A stretch of 64,000 bases of DNA from Candidatus Saccharimonadales bacterium (GTDB taxonomy: Bacteria; Patescibacteriota; Saccharimonadia; Saccharimonadales; OMJO01): contig DATIID010000001.1 of assembly GCA_035480035.1 (NCBI GenBank), forward strand, positions 201,323 through 265,322, written 5' to 3'. Below the pieces are notes generated by a model that did no database searches, was not told the origin of the DNA, and saw only the letters and a program-made list of their open reading frames with translations. Both the position numbers and the translations under genes were made by a program. How positions within the stretch are numbered: position 1 is the stretch's first letter; each line of letters opens with the position of its first letter. Shown here piece after piece: positions 37,557 through 48,539 of the stretch.

Positions 37557-38035
37557 TAGAACCTTGCGAAGTGAGCAAAAGCTCGGTTAGCATCGGCCAT
37601 TTTATGAACGTCTTCGCGTTTTTTAACAGCGTTGCCGGTGTTGTTATAGGCATCAACGAACTCTAAGGCCAATCGATCTTCCATGCTCATGCCCTTACGA
37701 TCCCGAGCGGCCGAAACCAACCACATAAGTGTAAGGTGCTGCTGACGCTGACCTTTTACTTCAAATGGAATTTGATAGTTAGCGCCACCAACTCTACGCG
37801 AACGAGTTTCCAAATGAGGCTGAATGTTTTTAATTGCTTGGTCAAATACCTCAATCGGGTTCTTGACCTTAACTTTGTCGGCGGCTTTTTGCATACCGTT
37901 ATAAACTAAGCGCTCGGCGATTTGTTTCTTGCCATTGAGCATCACACGATTAATCAAGCGTTGAACCATGACACTGTTATATAAGCGATCTGGCGGAATT
38001 TCTCGAACTAATGATTTAGTCTTATGTCTAGGCAT
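37556..38035 (-). CDS. rpsG: 30S ribosomal protein S7 (uS7)
   Basis: uS7 sequence (LINRVMLNGKKQIAERLVY...). Confidence 0.97.
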   Translation of the reverse strand: MPRHKTKSLVREIPPDRLYNSVMVQRLINRVMLNGKKQIAERLVYNGMQKAADKVKVKNPIEVFDQAIKNIQPHLETRSRRVGGANYQIPFEVKGQRQQHLTLMWLVSAARDRKGMSMEDRLALEFVDAYNNTGNAVKKREDVHKMADANRAFAHFARF

Positions 38036-38445
38036 TATTTACCTTTCTTGGCACCGTATTTAGAGCGACCACGTTTGCGGTTGGCTACTCCTTGAAGATC
38101 TAATGTGCCCCGTACGATGTGATAACGCACACCTGGTAAGTCTTTAACACGGCCGCCACGGATGGTTACTACGGCGTGCTCCTGGAGGTTGTGACCTTCA
38201 CCACCAATATAAGCCCAGACTTCATAACCGTTAGTTAATCGAACACGAGCAACTTTACGAAGCGCTGAATTTGGCTTTTTTGGAGTCTTGGTCGTAACTT
38301 TAACGCAAACACCACGCTTGAATGGTGACGGTTTCTCGTAGTGCTTGGTCTTTAGGTTATTGACCACGCGCTGAAGCGCCGGTGACTTGCTTTTTGACGT
38401 CACTGGCTTACGCGGTTTACGCACTAACTGATTAATTGTCGGCAT
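38035..38445 (-). CDS. rpsL: 30S ribosomal protein S12 (uS12)
   Basis: [12 protein letters not shown]... and [24 protein letters not shown]. Confidence 0.98.
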   Translation of the reverse strand: MPTINQLVRKPRKPVTSKSKSPALQRVVNNLKTKHYEKPSPFKRGVCVKVTTKTPKKPNSALRKVARVRLTNGYEVWAYIGGEGHNLQEHAVVTIRGGRVKDLPGVRYHIVRGTLDLQGVANRKRGRSKYGAKKGK

Positions 38446-38521
38446 TTATTCTCCTTGATTTGTAATCTACTGCGGCGCGCGAATGCCGGCACGTGGCTCA
38501 GATTACTTAGTTGTTCTCTAA

Positions 38522-38550
38522 ATTATAGCAGTTTTAAGCTTCAGCGGCAA
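38522..38550 (-). promoter_or_regulatory. Candidate str-operon promoter overlapping the rpoC 3' end
   Basis: Minus strand reads TTGCCG (38545-38550), a 17-nt spacer, then a perfect TATAAT (38522-38527). A GC-rich leader follows before rpsL. Confidence 0.45.
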
Positions 38551-41500
38551 CTGCGTGTTCAGCTTCTTCGGCTTCCAGCTCTTCTTCGGTACGATAGCCG
38601 GTACCAACTGGAATGCGGCGACCAAGAATGACGTTTTCCTTCAGACCAAACAAATGATCGACTTTGCCACTAGTGGCAGCGGCAATTAGAACTCGAGTGG
38701 TGTCCTGGAAACTGGCGGCACTTAGGAATGAATCAGTCGATAAACTGGCTTTGGTAATGCCCAGTAGCAACTGGGTAAATTTGGCTGGTTGTTTGCCGTC
38801 GGCAGTTAGTTTTTCATTAGCTTCAACAACCGCTAATTTACTGACAATATCACCGGTGACAAATTCGCTATCACCTGATTCCTCAATTTGAACTCGACTA
38901 AACATCTGACGAACGATAATCTCAAGGTGTTTATCGGCAATGTTTTGACCCTGACTGGCAAAAATTCCCAAAATTTCGTTCATGATGTAACGTTGAGTTG
39001 CTTCAACGCCCTGTAAACGCATTAACTCGTGAAGGTTGATTGAACCATTCGTCAGCTTCTGACCGGCTACAACCGTGTCACCGTCATTCACAACCAAGTT
39101 TTTAAAGCCTGGGATCTCATAACGAGCGGCACTTTTACTGGTCGGTGAGATGGTAATCAGCTTTTTAGTAATGTGAACTTTGCCGGCTATAGGAGCGGTG
39201 ATCGGATCTGCGCCTTCGTCATTTGCGGCCAGAACATCTCCAGCATTAACTTCACTATTGTTGGCAACTTGAGGTTTGCGGTTATCGAGTGGCAATTCGA
39301 TCTTTTCATTTTCGTCAGCTGTAACCTGGACTACATAGTGATCGCCCTCTTCCCAAGCTTTTACAGCTCCGGAAATTTCAGATAGGTAGGCTTGGCCTTT
39401 TGGCGTACGCACCTCGAATAACTCTTCGACACGAGGCAGCCCGGTGGTAATGTCTTCTCCGACTACACCACCAGAGTGGAAGGTTCGAAGTGTTAACTGA
39501 GTACCAGGTTCACCAATACTTTGAGCAGCTATTACACCAACCGGATGGTGCGGTGCAACTAATTCGCCGGTTGCCGGATCGATACCATAAGATTTACGGC
39601 TAATGCCACGAACGCTACTACAGCTCAAGACACTCATGATTTTAACGCCATCCAGACTTCCGTCAGCATCAATCTTATCGGCAATTTCTTGAGTTATGAG
39701 ATGGCCTTTTTTAGCTATGTCGCCGACTTTTTCGGCGGTAAACCGCCCAACTAAACGTGAGGCGTACGGTACGCCAATATCAGCTGAATCGCTGCGGTAA
39801 ATTGCAAAACCGGGGTCAGCGTAATCCTCGTCAATGGTAAAGACATCTTGGCTAACATCGACTAAACGACGGGTTAGGTAGCCAGAGTCGGCTGTCTTTA
39901 GAGCAGTGTCGATCATACCTTTTCGAGCACCACGAGTAGCCGTAAAGTACTCAAGTGGAGTTAGGCCATACTTATAGTTTGAGCGAATTGGCAATTCAAT
40001 CGCCCGGCCGGTAGCATCAGTGGTGACACCAAGCAACCCAACAGCGGTCATCACCTGGCCAATGTTACCTCGTGCCCCAGAGACTACCGCAATCGACATG
40101 GAACTGTCTTCTTCGGCAAATTGCTCACTTAAGGTCTGCTGTACGGTAGAAGTAGCATCAGTCCAGGTTTCGACGGTCAAGCGGTGTCGCTCGTCGTCTG
40201 TGATGAAACCCTGATCATATTGAGCACTAATGTCAGCAGCCTTGACTTCACCTTCTTTAAGGATTTCCTTAAGGCCTTTAATGTCATTGAAGTCTCCCAT
40301 ACCCATCGACAAGCCAGAAATCGTCGCATAAACAAAGCCAATGTCTTTGAGGTCGTCAGCAATTTCGGCAGTTTTGTCTTGACCGTATTGGCTATAGGCT
40401 AACGCCATAGCCGCACCAAGACGTTTTTTGGTCATGGCTTCATCAAGAAATGGAAAGTCTTCAGGAAAAATCTCGTTGAACAAAAATCGACCAAGTGTTG
40501 ACTTATAAACTTGGCCTCGAAACGGTAAACTAACTCGGCTTTGAAGGCTGATAACCTTAGCGTCGTAAGCCATCAAGGCTTCAGCTAAACTCGAATAATT
40601 CCTGACTGTCTTGTCAATACCGGGTCGGTCATAAGTTAAGTAGTAACAGCCCAGTACGATATCTTGGTCAATATGTAGAATTGGCGATCCGTCGGCCGGT
40701 TTCAGCAAGTTGCGATTGCTGGCCATGATGTCTTGGGCTTCTTGTTGGGCATAATCTGACAATGGCAAGTGAACAGCCATTTGGTCACCATCAAAATCAG
40801 CGTTAAAACCCTTACAAACTAAGGGGTGTAGCTGTATGGCCTTACCTTCGATTAGTACCGGTTGAAATGCTTGAATACTCAAGCGGTGAAGACTGGGTGC
40901 CCGGTTCAGCAAAACGTATTTGCCCATAATGACTTCGTCCAAAGCGTCCCAAACTTCGACTTCGCCAGTCTCAATCATGCGGGTAGCGCTTCGAATGTTG
41001 TGAGCATGCTCGTTAATGATCAAATAACCAATGACAAACGGCTTGAACAATTCCAGCGCCATCATTTTAGGCAGGCCGCATTGGTAAATCTTTAGTTCTG
41101 GACCAGCCACGATGACCGAACGACCGGAGTAGTCAACCCGTTTGCCAAGTAGGTTTTGACGAAAACGACCTTGTTTACCTTTAAGCATATCACTCAGACT
41201 TTTGAGCCGGCGTCTTTGGCCAGTGGCGGCTACAGCTCGGCCGGAACGAGCGTTGTTATTGTCAATTAAAGCATCGACTGCCTCTTGAAGCATACGTTGT
41301 TCATTACGACGAATGACTTCCGGAGCATTGAGCTCAATTAACTTCTTTAATCGGTTGTTGCGATTAATCACTCGACGGTACAAATCATTCAAGTCGCTGG
41401 TTGCGAACCGGCCACCGGTTAGTTGAACCATTGGTCGGAGGTCTGGTGGGATAACTGGTAGGACAGTCATGCACATACTGTTCGGTTTAATGCCAGCCCG

Positions 41501-42352
41501 ATCCATACTTTCAAGTAGTCGTAAGCGCTTCATGATTTTCTTTTTGCGCTGACCCTTGGCCTCTTCGGCTTCGGCACTTAACAGTTTAATTAGTTTGGTT
41601 AAGTCAATCTCATCAAGCAGTTCTTTAAGTGCTGCGCCACCCATACCAACTGTAACCAACGAACGAAGCTCATCAGGGAGATCACGGTATTCAGCTTCAC
41701 TGATTAAACGTAGCTTCTCTAGACTTTCAATTTGAGTACGAAAAGTGTCGTATTCAGCAGTTAAGTCATCTGTTTCTTTAGTCTGAGCTTCGGCAATCGC
41801 CTTAACATCACCACCTTCATTGCTAGCTTCTTTTTCGTAGCGTAATTTAATGGCTTCTTTGGCGGCGGTAAATTCGGCCTCTTTATCTTGGGAAATCTTG
41901 ACTAGCTTGTCAGACTCAACCGACTTGATAATGTAACTAGCAAAGTAAGCCACGCGCTCCAGGTTCTTTACTGTCATACCAAGCAATAAGCCGATAGCCG
42001 ATGGTGTACCTCGCAAAAACCAGATGTGAGCAACAGGTGTCGCTAAGCTAATATGGCCCATGCGTTCACGTCTAACGATTGATTTAGTAACAATCTCGCC
42101 GTTTTTATCGACAGCTGCTTCACGAGAGCGAACACCCTTATACTTGGCATCGTGGGGATTGATATCTTTAACCGGTCCAAAAATCCGTTCACAAAACAAA
42201 CCATCACGCTCAGGTTTTTGAGTTCGGTAATTAATTGTTTCGGGCTTTGTAACTTCGCCATGACTCCATTCCAAAATGTCCTCAGGGCTAGCCACAGCTA
42301 AACGTACTGCATCAAAATCAGCAATATTGGTTCCATATGAATAGCGTCGCAT
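38534..42352 (-). CDS. rpoC: DNA-directed RNA polymerase subunit beta'
   Basis: NADFDGDQM catalytic motif. ATG at 42352 is preceded by AAGGAGG with a 6-nt spacer, 1 nt after the rpoB stop. The track TTG start at 42379 is rejected. Confidence 0.97.
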   Translation of the reverse strand: MRRYSYGTNIADFDAVRLAVASPEDILEWSHGEVTKPETINYRTQKPERDGLFCERIFGPVKDINPHDAKYKGVRSREAAVDKNGEIVTKSIVRRERMGHISLATPVAHIWFLRGTPSAIGLLLGMTVKNLERVAYFASYIIKSVESDKLVKISQDKEAEFTAAKEAIKLRYEKEASNEGGDVKAIAEAQTKETDDLTAEYDTFRTQIESLEKLRLISEAEYRDLPDELRSLVTVGMGGAALKELLDEIDLTKLIKLLSAEAEEAKGQRKKKIMKRLRLLESMDRAGIKPNSMCMTVLPVIPPDLRPMVQLTGGRFATSDLNDLYRRVINRNNRLKKLIELNAPEVIRRNEQRMLQEAVDALIDNNNARSGRAVAATGQRRRLKSLSDMLKGKQGRFRQNLLGKRVDYSGRSVIVAGPELKIYQCGLPKMMALELFKPFVIGYLIINEHAHNIRSATRMIETGEVEVWDALDEVIMGKYVLLNRAPSLHRLSIQAFQPVLIEGKAIQLHPLVCKGFNADFDGDQMAVHLPLSDYAQQEAQDIMASNRNLLKPADGSPILHIDQDIVLGCYYLTYDRPGIDKTVRNYSSLAEALMAYDAKVISLQSRVSLPFRGQVYKSTLGRFLFNEIFPEDFPFLDEAMTKKRLGAAMALAYSQYGQDKTAEIADDLKDIGFVYATISGLSMGMGDFNDIKGLKEILKEGEVKAADISAQYDQGFITDDERHRLTVETWTDATSTVQQTLSEQFAEEDSSMSIAVVSGARGNIGQVMTAVGLLGVTTDATGRAIELPIRSNYKYGLTPLEYFTATRGARKGMIDTALKTADSGYLTRRLVDVSQDVFTIDEDYADPGFAIYRSDSADIGVPYASRLVGRFTAEKVGDIAKKGHLITQEIADKIDADGSLDGVKIMSVLSCSSVRGISRKSYGIDPATGELVAPHHPVGVIAAQSIGEPGTQLTLRTFHSGGVVGEDITTGLPRVEELFEVRTPKGQAYLSEISGAVKAWEEGDHYVVQVTADENEKIELPLDNRKPQVANNSEVNAGDVLAANDEGADPITAPIAGKVHITKKLITISPTSKSAARYEIPGFKNLVVNDGDTVVAGQKLTNGSINLHELMRLQGVEATQRYIMNEILGIFASQGQNIADKHLEIIVRQMFSRVQIEESGDSEFVTGDIVSKLAVVEANEKLTADGKQPAKFTQLLLGITKASLSTDSFLSAASFQDTTRVLIAAATSGKVDHLFGLKENVILGRRIPVGTGYRTEEELEAEEAEHAVAAEA

Positions 42353-42353
42353 G

Positions 42354-45300
42354 TTAGGCCTCCTTGCTTTCGTCTTCAATACTTATTAGATTGACACCGT
42401 CCGTGCCATCAGTAGCTGGCAACTCGTCATCGAGCCCCATATTATCGAACTCGCCCATGACGGCATCTTCAGTGACATCGACATCTGAGGTTACTGGTGT
42501 CGGCACATCAACATCTGATTGATGAGCAGCTTCGTCCTTAATGTTTTCGGCTAAGACCGCTTCAGCATCGATTACCGCATTTGAGGTAATTAAGTCAACC
42601 TTTAGACCTAAGCCCTGTAGCTCTTTAACCAAAACGTTAAAGCTTTCAGGAACTTTCGGACCAACAATTTCAGTACCCTTAATGATTGATTCGTAAGCTT
42701 TACTACGACCATAGACATCATCAGATTTAATCGTCAGCATTTCTTGGAGAGTATGCGATGCGCCATACGCTTCCAAGGCCCAGACTTCCATTTCGCCAAA
42801 ACGTTGGCCACCATTTTGCGCCTTACCGCCTAACGGCTGCTGGGTCACCATAGTGTAAGGCCCGGTCGATCGCGCATGAATCTTATCAGCAATCATGTGG
42901 TTAAGCTTGATCATATACATACTGCCGACGGTAGTGCGCTCCGTAAATGCATCGCCAGTCCGACCATCGAAGAGTTGCTGCTTACCGTCATCCGGCAAAT
43001 TAGCTTCTCTAAGCAGTTGTTTGATTTTGGTTTCGTCAACACCATCAAATGAGGGGCTGGCGACTTTCATACCCAACGCTCGGGCGGCCATACCAAGATG
43101 AGTTTCGAATAACTGGCCAATGTTCATACGCGATGGTACACCAAGCGGGTTAAGCACAACTTCAACCGGCGTGCCATCTTCCATGAAGGGCATATCTTCT
43201 TCTGGTAAGATTCGGGCAATTACACCCTTGTTACCATGGCGACCACCCAACTTGTCACCGACCGCAATTTTGCGCATTTGAGCTACAAAGACTTGGATTT
43301 GCATGATCACGCCAGCTTTTAGTTCATGGCCATTAGCTCTCGAAAAGACCTTTACGCCAACAACTTTGCCATGCTTACCATTACTCATTCGCTGTGAGGT
43401 ATCACGAACTTCCTTGGCTTTTTCGCCAAAGATTGCTCTTAGCAATCGTTCTTCGCTACTAAGTTCTTGCTCACCTTTAGGCGTAATCTTGCCGACCAGG
43501 ATGTCGCCAGGATGGACTTCAGCGCCGATGCGGACAATACCTTCTTCGTCTAAGTGACGCAGGGCATCCTCACTAACGTTTGGAATATCACGAGTGACAA
43601 TTTCCGGACCAAGCTTGGTTTCACGGACTTCAACCATAAAGTCAACAATATGAACACTGGTTAGGGTGTCGTCTTCGACTAATTTACGGGACACAATAAT
43701 CGCATCTTCAAAGTTGTAGCCACTCCAAGGCATGAAGGCTATAATCAAATCTTTGCCCAGGGCAAGTTCACCATCGGCCACTGACATACCTTCAATAAGA
43801 GCGTCACCTTCTTTGACGGCTTGGCCACTGGTAACCACTACTTTTTGATTAATGCTAGTACCCTCGTTGCTCCTAACATAGTGTTGAGGTCGATAGGTTT
43901 TAGTATGACCTTTGTACTGGATCACTACCTCGTCAGCAGAAGCTTGTTTAACAGTACCGCGGCCTTCTGCCACAATTAATTGGCCGCTGTTACGGGCGGC
44001 TGTAGTTTCCAATCCGGTACCAACAATCGGCCCACTTGGCCTAACCAAAGGTACGGCTTGTCGTTGTTGGTTACTGCCCATAAGCGAGCGGTAAACGTAG
44101 TTCTTTTCGATAAATGGGATCAAGCCGGCGCTTGAACCAATGATTTGTTTGCGACTGGCGTCCATGTGTGTGACTTCGTCAGCATCAACTTCCCCGGACT
44201 TCAAATAACTACGAGCTGATACACGTGGATTAACAAAATGACGACTAGAATCAAACTCTTCGCTGGCGTTAACAATAACAGCTGACTCTTCTTCGGAAGC
44301 GTCAAGGTAGATCACTTTGTCGGTTACCTCGGCTTTAATCGGCCATGTCACTCTGGTCTTGACAGTCGCTAAACGCTTAGCTTGAACGGCTGTAATTTTC
44401 TGACCGGCCTTAACAATTGTTCGGCCTTTATCATCTTCCAAGTTAACACTGGCAATATGGCCTGGTGTATCTTTGGCGACCGCGGCATTTAGAACGACCC
44501 GATAGGGTGTTTCAATAAAACCATAGTCATTAATTCGAGCATAGCTGGCTAAGTTAAGAACCAATCCTATGTTAGCCCCTTCAGGTGTTTCGACAGCACA
44601 AATCCGGCCGTAGTGGGTAGCGTGGGCATCTCGAACCTCAAAACCAGCTCGTTCGCGACTTAAGCCACCTGGGCCCATCGAGCTCAGACGACGTTTGTGG
44701 GCAAGCTCACTTAATGGGTTAATCTGATCCATAAATTGGCTGAGCTGGGAACTGGCAAAGAATTCGCGAACAGCGGCAACCACTGGTCGGGCATTAATTA
44801 ATTGAGCTGGGGTAACTGTTTCGATTTCACTCATGCTCATGCGATCTTTGGTATTACGTTCCATTCGCAATAACCCAATTCGGAATTGGCGTTGGACTAA
44901 CTCGCCGACTAGTTTAACCCGACGGTTAGCTAGGCTATCGATATCATCGGCTGGCTCCTGGGTATTATTCAGGCGAATGATCTCAGCAATAATCGCAATC
45001 AGATCTTCGAGCCGCATAATACGGTTCTCGATTGTATTCGTTATATCCAGATTTAGACGTTTATTAATCTTGTAGCGTCCGACACGGCTAAAATCAAATC
45101 TTTTAAAGTTATAGAACATGTTTTCTAGTAAGCTACGGGCATTATCAACAGTGGCTAAGTCGCCAGGACGAAGTCGTCGATAAACCTCGATTAAAGCGTC
45201 GTTAGTGCCGCTAGTTGGATCTTTATCAAGTGTGGCTTGAACATAATTAAGTTGACCTTGATCAACATGAGCAAAACTGTCTTTGACTTGGTTTTCGGTC

Positions 45301-45920
45301 ATACCGAGAGCCCGAAGTAAAGTGGTGACGGCAATTTTACGTTTACGGTCAATTTTGACAAAAATTGCGCCGTTGGCAGCTGTTTCAAACTCTAGCCATG
45401 CGCCTCGTCCGGGAATAACTTTTGCACCGTAAAGATTTCTAGCACCTTTAGCATCAGCCGTGAAGAACACCCCGGCCGAGCGAATTAATTGCGATACCAC
45501 CACTCGTTCAGCTCCGTTAATTACAAAGGTGCCTCGCTCAGTCATCCATGGATAGTCACCCAAGTAAATTTCTTGCTGTTTAACCTCACCAGTAACTTTA
45601 TTAGTTAGTTCAACAGTGGCTTTTAAGGGAGCGTCGAAGCTAACATTATTCTCACGCGCTTCGGCCTCGGTCATCTTGGGTGCCTCAAACCGGTAATCTT
45701 TAAAAGTCAGTGATAATTTGGTGCCAGTATAGTCGTCAATCGGACTAATCTCGGCTAGTAGCTCACCCAAGCCCTCATCAACAAACCATTGAAACGAACG
45801 GTTTTGATGATCAACTAAATTAGGTAAGTCTAAAATGTCTTTGGTTTTGTTAAAGAATTGACGCGTCTTCGGCGCGGTTGCTAGTTTGGTGGTTTTGGCC
45901 ATAAGCGAATTTACTCCCAT
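42354..45920 (-). CDS. rpoB: DNA-directed RNA polymerase subunit beta
   Basis: Full-length beta subunit (e.g. GDKLGGRHGNKGV). An alternative ATG at 45902 (MAKTTK...) is possible. Confidence 0.97.
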   Translation of the reverse strand: MGVNSLMAKTTKLATAPKTRQFFNKTKDILDLPNLVDHQNRSFQWFVDEGLGELLAEISPIDDYTGTKLSLTFKDYRFEAPKMTEAEARENNVSFDAPLKATVELTNKVTGEVKQQEIYLGDYPWMTERGTFVINGAERVVVSQLIRSAGVFFTADAKGARNLYGAKVIPGRGAWLEFETAANGAIFVKIDRKRKIAVTTLLRALGMTENQVKDSFAHVDQGQLNYVQATLDKDPTSGTNDALIEVYRRLRPGDLATVDNARSLLENMFYNFKRFDFSRVGRYKINKRLNLDITNTIENRIMRLEDLIAIIAEIIRLNNTQEPADDIDSLANRRVKLVGELVQRQFRIGLLRMERNTKDRMSMSEIETVTPAQLINARPVVAAVREFFASSQLSQFMDQINPLSELAHKRRLSSMGPGGLSRERAGFEVRDAHATHYGRICAVETPEGANIGLVLNLASYARINDYGFIETPYRVVLNAAVAKDTPGHIASVNLEDDKGRTIVKAGQKITAVQAKRLATVKTRVTWPIKAEVTDKVIYLDASEEESAVIVNASEEFDSSRHFVNPRVSARSYLKSGEVDADEVTHMDASRKQIIGSSAGLIPFIEKNYVYRSLMGSNQQRQAVPLVRPSGPIVGTGLETTAARNSGQLIVAEGRGTVKQASADEVVIQYKGHTKTYRPQHYVRSNEGTSINQKVVVTSGQAVKEGDALIEGMSVADGELALGKDLIIAFMPWSGYNFEDAIIVSRKLVEDDTLTSVHIVDFMVEVRETKLGPEIVTRDIPNVSEDALRHLDEEGIVRIGAEVHPGDILVGKITPKGEQELSSEERLLRAIFGEKAKEVRDTSQRMSNGKHGKVVGVKVFSRANGHELKAGVIMQIQVFVAQMRKIAVGDKLGGRHGNKGVIARILPEEDMPFMEDGTPVEVVLNPLGVPSRMNIGQLFETHLGMAARALGMKVASPSFDGVDETKIKQLLREANLPDDGKQQLFDGRTGDAFTERTTVGSMYMIKLNHMIADKIHARSTGPYTMVTQQPLGGKAQNGGQRFGEMEVWALEAYGASHTLQEMLTIKSDDVYGRSKAYESIIKGTEIVGPKVPESFNVLVKELQGLGLKVDLITSNAVIDAEAVLAENIKDEAAHQSDVDVPTPVTSDVDVTEDAVMGEFDNMGLDDELPATDGTDGVNLISIEDESKEA

Positions 45921-46107
45921 CCGATCAGAGCTAAAAATAAAGATTTAGCTGAAATTGCCTTAATTGATTCACGTGATTAATAATTGTTGTAATTTTTCGC
46001 GCGAAGACCACTACTTGGAGTTTTTGGTGCTCATTTGATGACAACATCAGCACTGTCCGTCGTATACTACTTCTTAAGTTATAGTTTGATAGATTAAAAA
46101 GCTAAAG

Positions 46108-46719
46108 TCAAGCCTTTTTTGGTAGCTGTTCGATGATCTTGTCAACTACGCCATATTTTTTGGCTTCATTAGCATCCAACCAATAATCGCGTTCCATGTC
46201 TTGTTCAATTTTTTTAACTGATTGATTAGTGTTTTTAGCCATAATTTCATTTAGACGACGTTTTAATCTTAGGCTTTCTTTAAGATCAATCTCCATGTCA
46301 GTAACCTTGCCTTTGGTGCCACTACTAGGCTGGTGAATCATCACTGTACCATTTGGTAAAATAACGCGTTTACCTTTGGTGCCACTGCTAAGCAGGAAAG
46401 CTGCGGCACTAGCTTGAATGCCAATACCAACCGTTTGAATATCACTTTTGACATACTTCATAGTGTCATAAATCGCTAGTGCATCATAAGCACTGCCGCC
46501 GGGACTGTTGATATAAATATAGATGTCTTTATTTGAGTCCTGGTTATCCAAGAAAAGTAGTTGAGCCACTACTAGATTAGCGGTGTGATGGTTAATGTCA
46601 TCGCCGATAAAAATAATTCGATCGCGTAACAACCGTGAATAAATATCATAAGCGCGTTCAACTCGACCCTCGTTTTCAATTACTGTTGGCACTAAAATTT
46701 GAGATGTTACGTCATTCAT
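46108..46719 (-). CDS. clpP: ATP-dependent Clp protease proteolytic subunit
   Basis: Ser-His-Asp context retained (IQASAAAFLL, MIHQP, RDYWLDANEAKKYGVVD). Confidence 0.95.
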   Translation of the reverse strand: MNDVTSQILVPTVIENEGRVERAYDIYSRLLRDRIIFIGDDINHHTANLVVAQLLFLDNQDSNKDIYIYINSPGGSAYDALAIYDTMKYVKSDIQTVGIGIQASAAAFLLSSGTKGKRVILPNGTVMIHQPSSGTKGKVTDMEIDLKESLRLKRRLNEIMAKNTNQSVKKIEQDMERDYWLDANEAKKYGVVDKIIEQLPKKA

Positions 46720-46773
46720 AACAACTAGTATAAGCTGCTAATTAGCACTCGTCAAGTGTGAGTGCTAACTTTA

Positions 46774-48051
46774 TTAGCTATTCAGTTCGACCAATCGTTT
46801 AATCGTCTTTTCGGTTATGATTCGTCCGGCTATTTCGCGTCTGGCACTGGCTTTATTAAGCTCAGCTTGCATTTGCTGGTCTTTATATTGGGACTTCAGT
46901 TCATCCATTCGGGCAATAAGCTCAACTTCGCTAACATCAATGTTTTCCTGTTCGGAAATTTCCGACAGAATTAGTCCGGCTTTAACTTGTTCAGTAGCCG
47001 CCGGTTCTAGGCGTTGGCGATTTTGCTCGTCACTAATTTTCTCCTGATCCAAATATTCTTGATAGGTTTGACCACGATAAACAATATCTCGCTTTAATTC
47101 CTCAAGGGTTTTATCGACCTGTTCATCAACTAAAACCTGTGGTACTTTGACTTGGCTCTTATCAGCAACAGCTTTTATAAGCGCGCTTTCGAAATCATTT
47201 TGAACAGCTGTTTGCCGCTCAAGGACTAGTTGTTGTTTAATATTAGTTGTTAATTCTTTCAAGTTTTTAAACGGACCGGCCTTAACTGCCAATTTATCAT
47301 CGACTTTAGGTAAGCTAAGCTCCTGCACTTGATTAACCTTCACCTCAAACTCGACCGTTTGGTTAGCTAGCGACTTAACTCCGTAATCTTTTGGAAACTT
47401 AAGCTTAAAAGTCTTGTTTCCGCCGGTTGTTAGACCAATCAAATTATCCTCAAATCCAGGAATAAACGACTTACTGCCAAGTATTAGTGTATAGGCTTTG
47501 GCAGCGGCTCCGCTGATTGGCTCACCTTTAGCGTCTGTACCAGTAAAATCAATCGACAGTTCATCGCCATTTTTAGCCGGACGTTTAACCTCAGATTTAT
47601 CAGCCAAACGGCTGCGCAATGACTCTAAAACATCTTCGACATCTTTATCACTAACTGTAACTTTGGCTTTTATAACTTTAAGTTTTTTGTAATCTGGTAG
47701 TACAATTTCGCCGATAACTGATAACTTGGCTTCGAATTCTAGAGTGGTGAATGGTACAAACTTTTTAATAATAATCTCGGGTTGTTCAATAGGTCTGAGC
47801 TTAGCTTGATCAATGGCCTGTCGGTAAAAACTATTAACTGCTTCCTCTAAGAACTCACTCTGAAGCTCATTGGCGTCAATTTGCCGCTCGATCAGCGACA
47901 AAGGCGCTTTACCGCTTCGAAAACCCGGCACTTTAATTCGGTTTATAAAATGACCGACCACGTGGTCCTTAAGTGTCATTAGCTCGTCCGGTTCGCCACT
48001 AATTGTTAAAGCGACTTTGGTATCGGATAGCAGCTTATTTACTAATTTCAT
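46774..48051 (-). CDS. tig: Trigger factor
   Basis: N-terminal ribosome-binding region with GFRSGKAP (GFRxGxxP) and a central FKBP-like domain. Canonical position before clpP. Confidence 0.93.
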   Translation of the reverse strand: MKLVNKLLSDTKVALTISGEPDELMTLKDHVVGHFINRIKVPGFRSGKAPLSLIERQIDANELQSEFLEEAVNSFYRQAIDQAKLRPIEQPEIIIKKFVPFTTLEFEAKLSVIGEIVLPDYKKLKVIKAKVTVSDKDVEDVLESLRSRLADKSEVKRPAKNGDELSIDFTGTDAKGEPISGAAAKAYTLILGSKSFIPGFEDNLIGLTTGGNKTFKLKFPKDYGVKSLANQTVEFEVKVNQVQELSLPKVDDKLAVKAGPFKNLKELTTNIKQQLVLERQTAVQNDFESALIKAVADKSQVKVPQVLVDEQVDKTLEELKRDIVYRGQTYQEYLDQEKISDEQNRQRLEPAATEQVKAGLILSEISEQENIDVSEVELIARMDELKSQYKDQQMQAELNKASARREIAGRIITEKTIKRLVELNS

Positions 48052-48089
48052 AGCTTGTTACTCTAACAGATGATAGCAGTTTTACCAAC

Positions 48090-48539
48090 CTAGGACGACA
48101 AGACCGGTATTAATAAAGTCAGACCAATAATGAAATAAGCTAGCTCCAACAACCAGCCCCATGGCAATTCAGCCCACTGAACCCATGATAAAAAACGTGA
48201 GATAGGCCCAATTGATTTAGTTTGTCTACGGAGTTCGGCTATCCAATACGGCAGCCATAGTAAATCCGGGCTGGCCGCCAAGACGCCGCAAATTAGCATT
48301 AGCTGCCAATTACTTGGCCGTACGATCAATACCACCAATAGAACGGTCAGTGCTATTAATGAGTCGGCACCTAAAATGGCCAAGTATTGGTGGCTACGAC
48401 GACTAATCTTAGTATTACCAAAGTGCGGCAGAGCGTCTAAAGCAATATGCGAAGCTAAGGCTAGCGGAATGGCCAACATCGGCCGTGGCCAAGTCGCGGC
48501 AACTAAAGCACCGGCGATGGTATGGTTGGTGGCGGTCAT
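48090..48539 (-). CDS. Polytopic membrane protein, possibly a DUF457/YdjM-like membrane-bound metal-dependent hydrolase
   Basis: Four to five hydrophobic helices and a SHIALDALPH motif. The ATG overlaps the hisS stop (ATGA). Confidence 0.45.
   Translation of the reverse strand: MTATNHTIAGALVAATWPRPMLAIPLALASHIALDALPHFGNTKISRRSHQYLAILGADSLIALTVLLVVLIVRPSNWQLMLICGVLAASPDLLWLPYWIAELRRQTKSIGPISRFLSWVQWAELPWGWLLELAYFIIGLTLLIPVLSS

Noticed and set aside
42353-42379. TTG start that makes rpoC overlap rpoB by 26 nt.
   Set aside because: The ATG at 42352 lies 1 nt after the rpoB stop and has AAGGAGG 6 nt upstream.
45921-46107. A small ncRNA (SRP, 6S or other) in the clpP-rpoB spacer or in other intergenic regions.
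   Set aside because: All spacers are under 190 nt. I found no SRP or 6S consensus elements, only a weak bulged hairpin. The spacers are too short for tmRNA or RNase P RNA.
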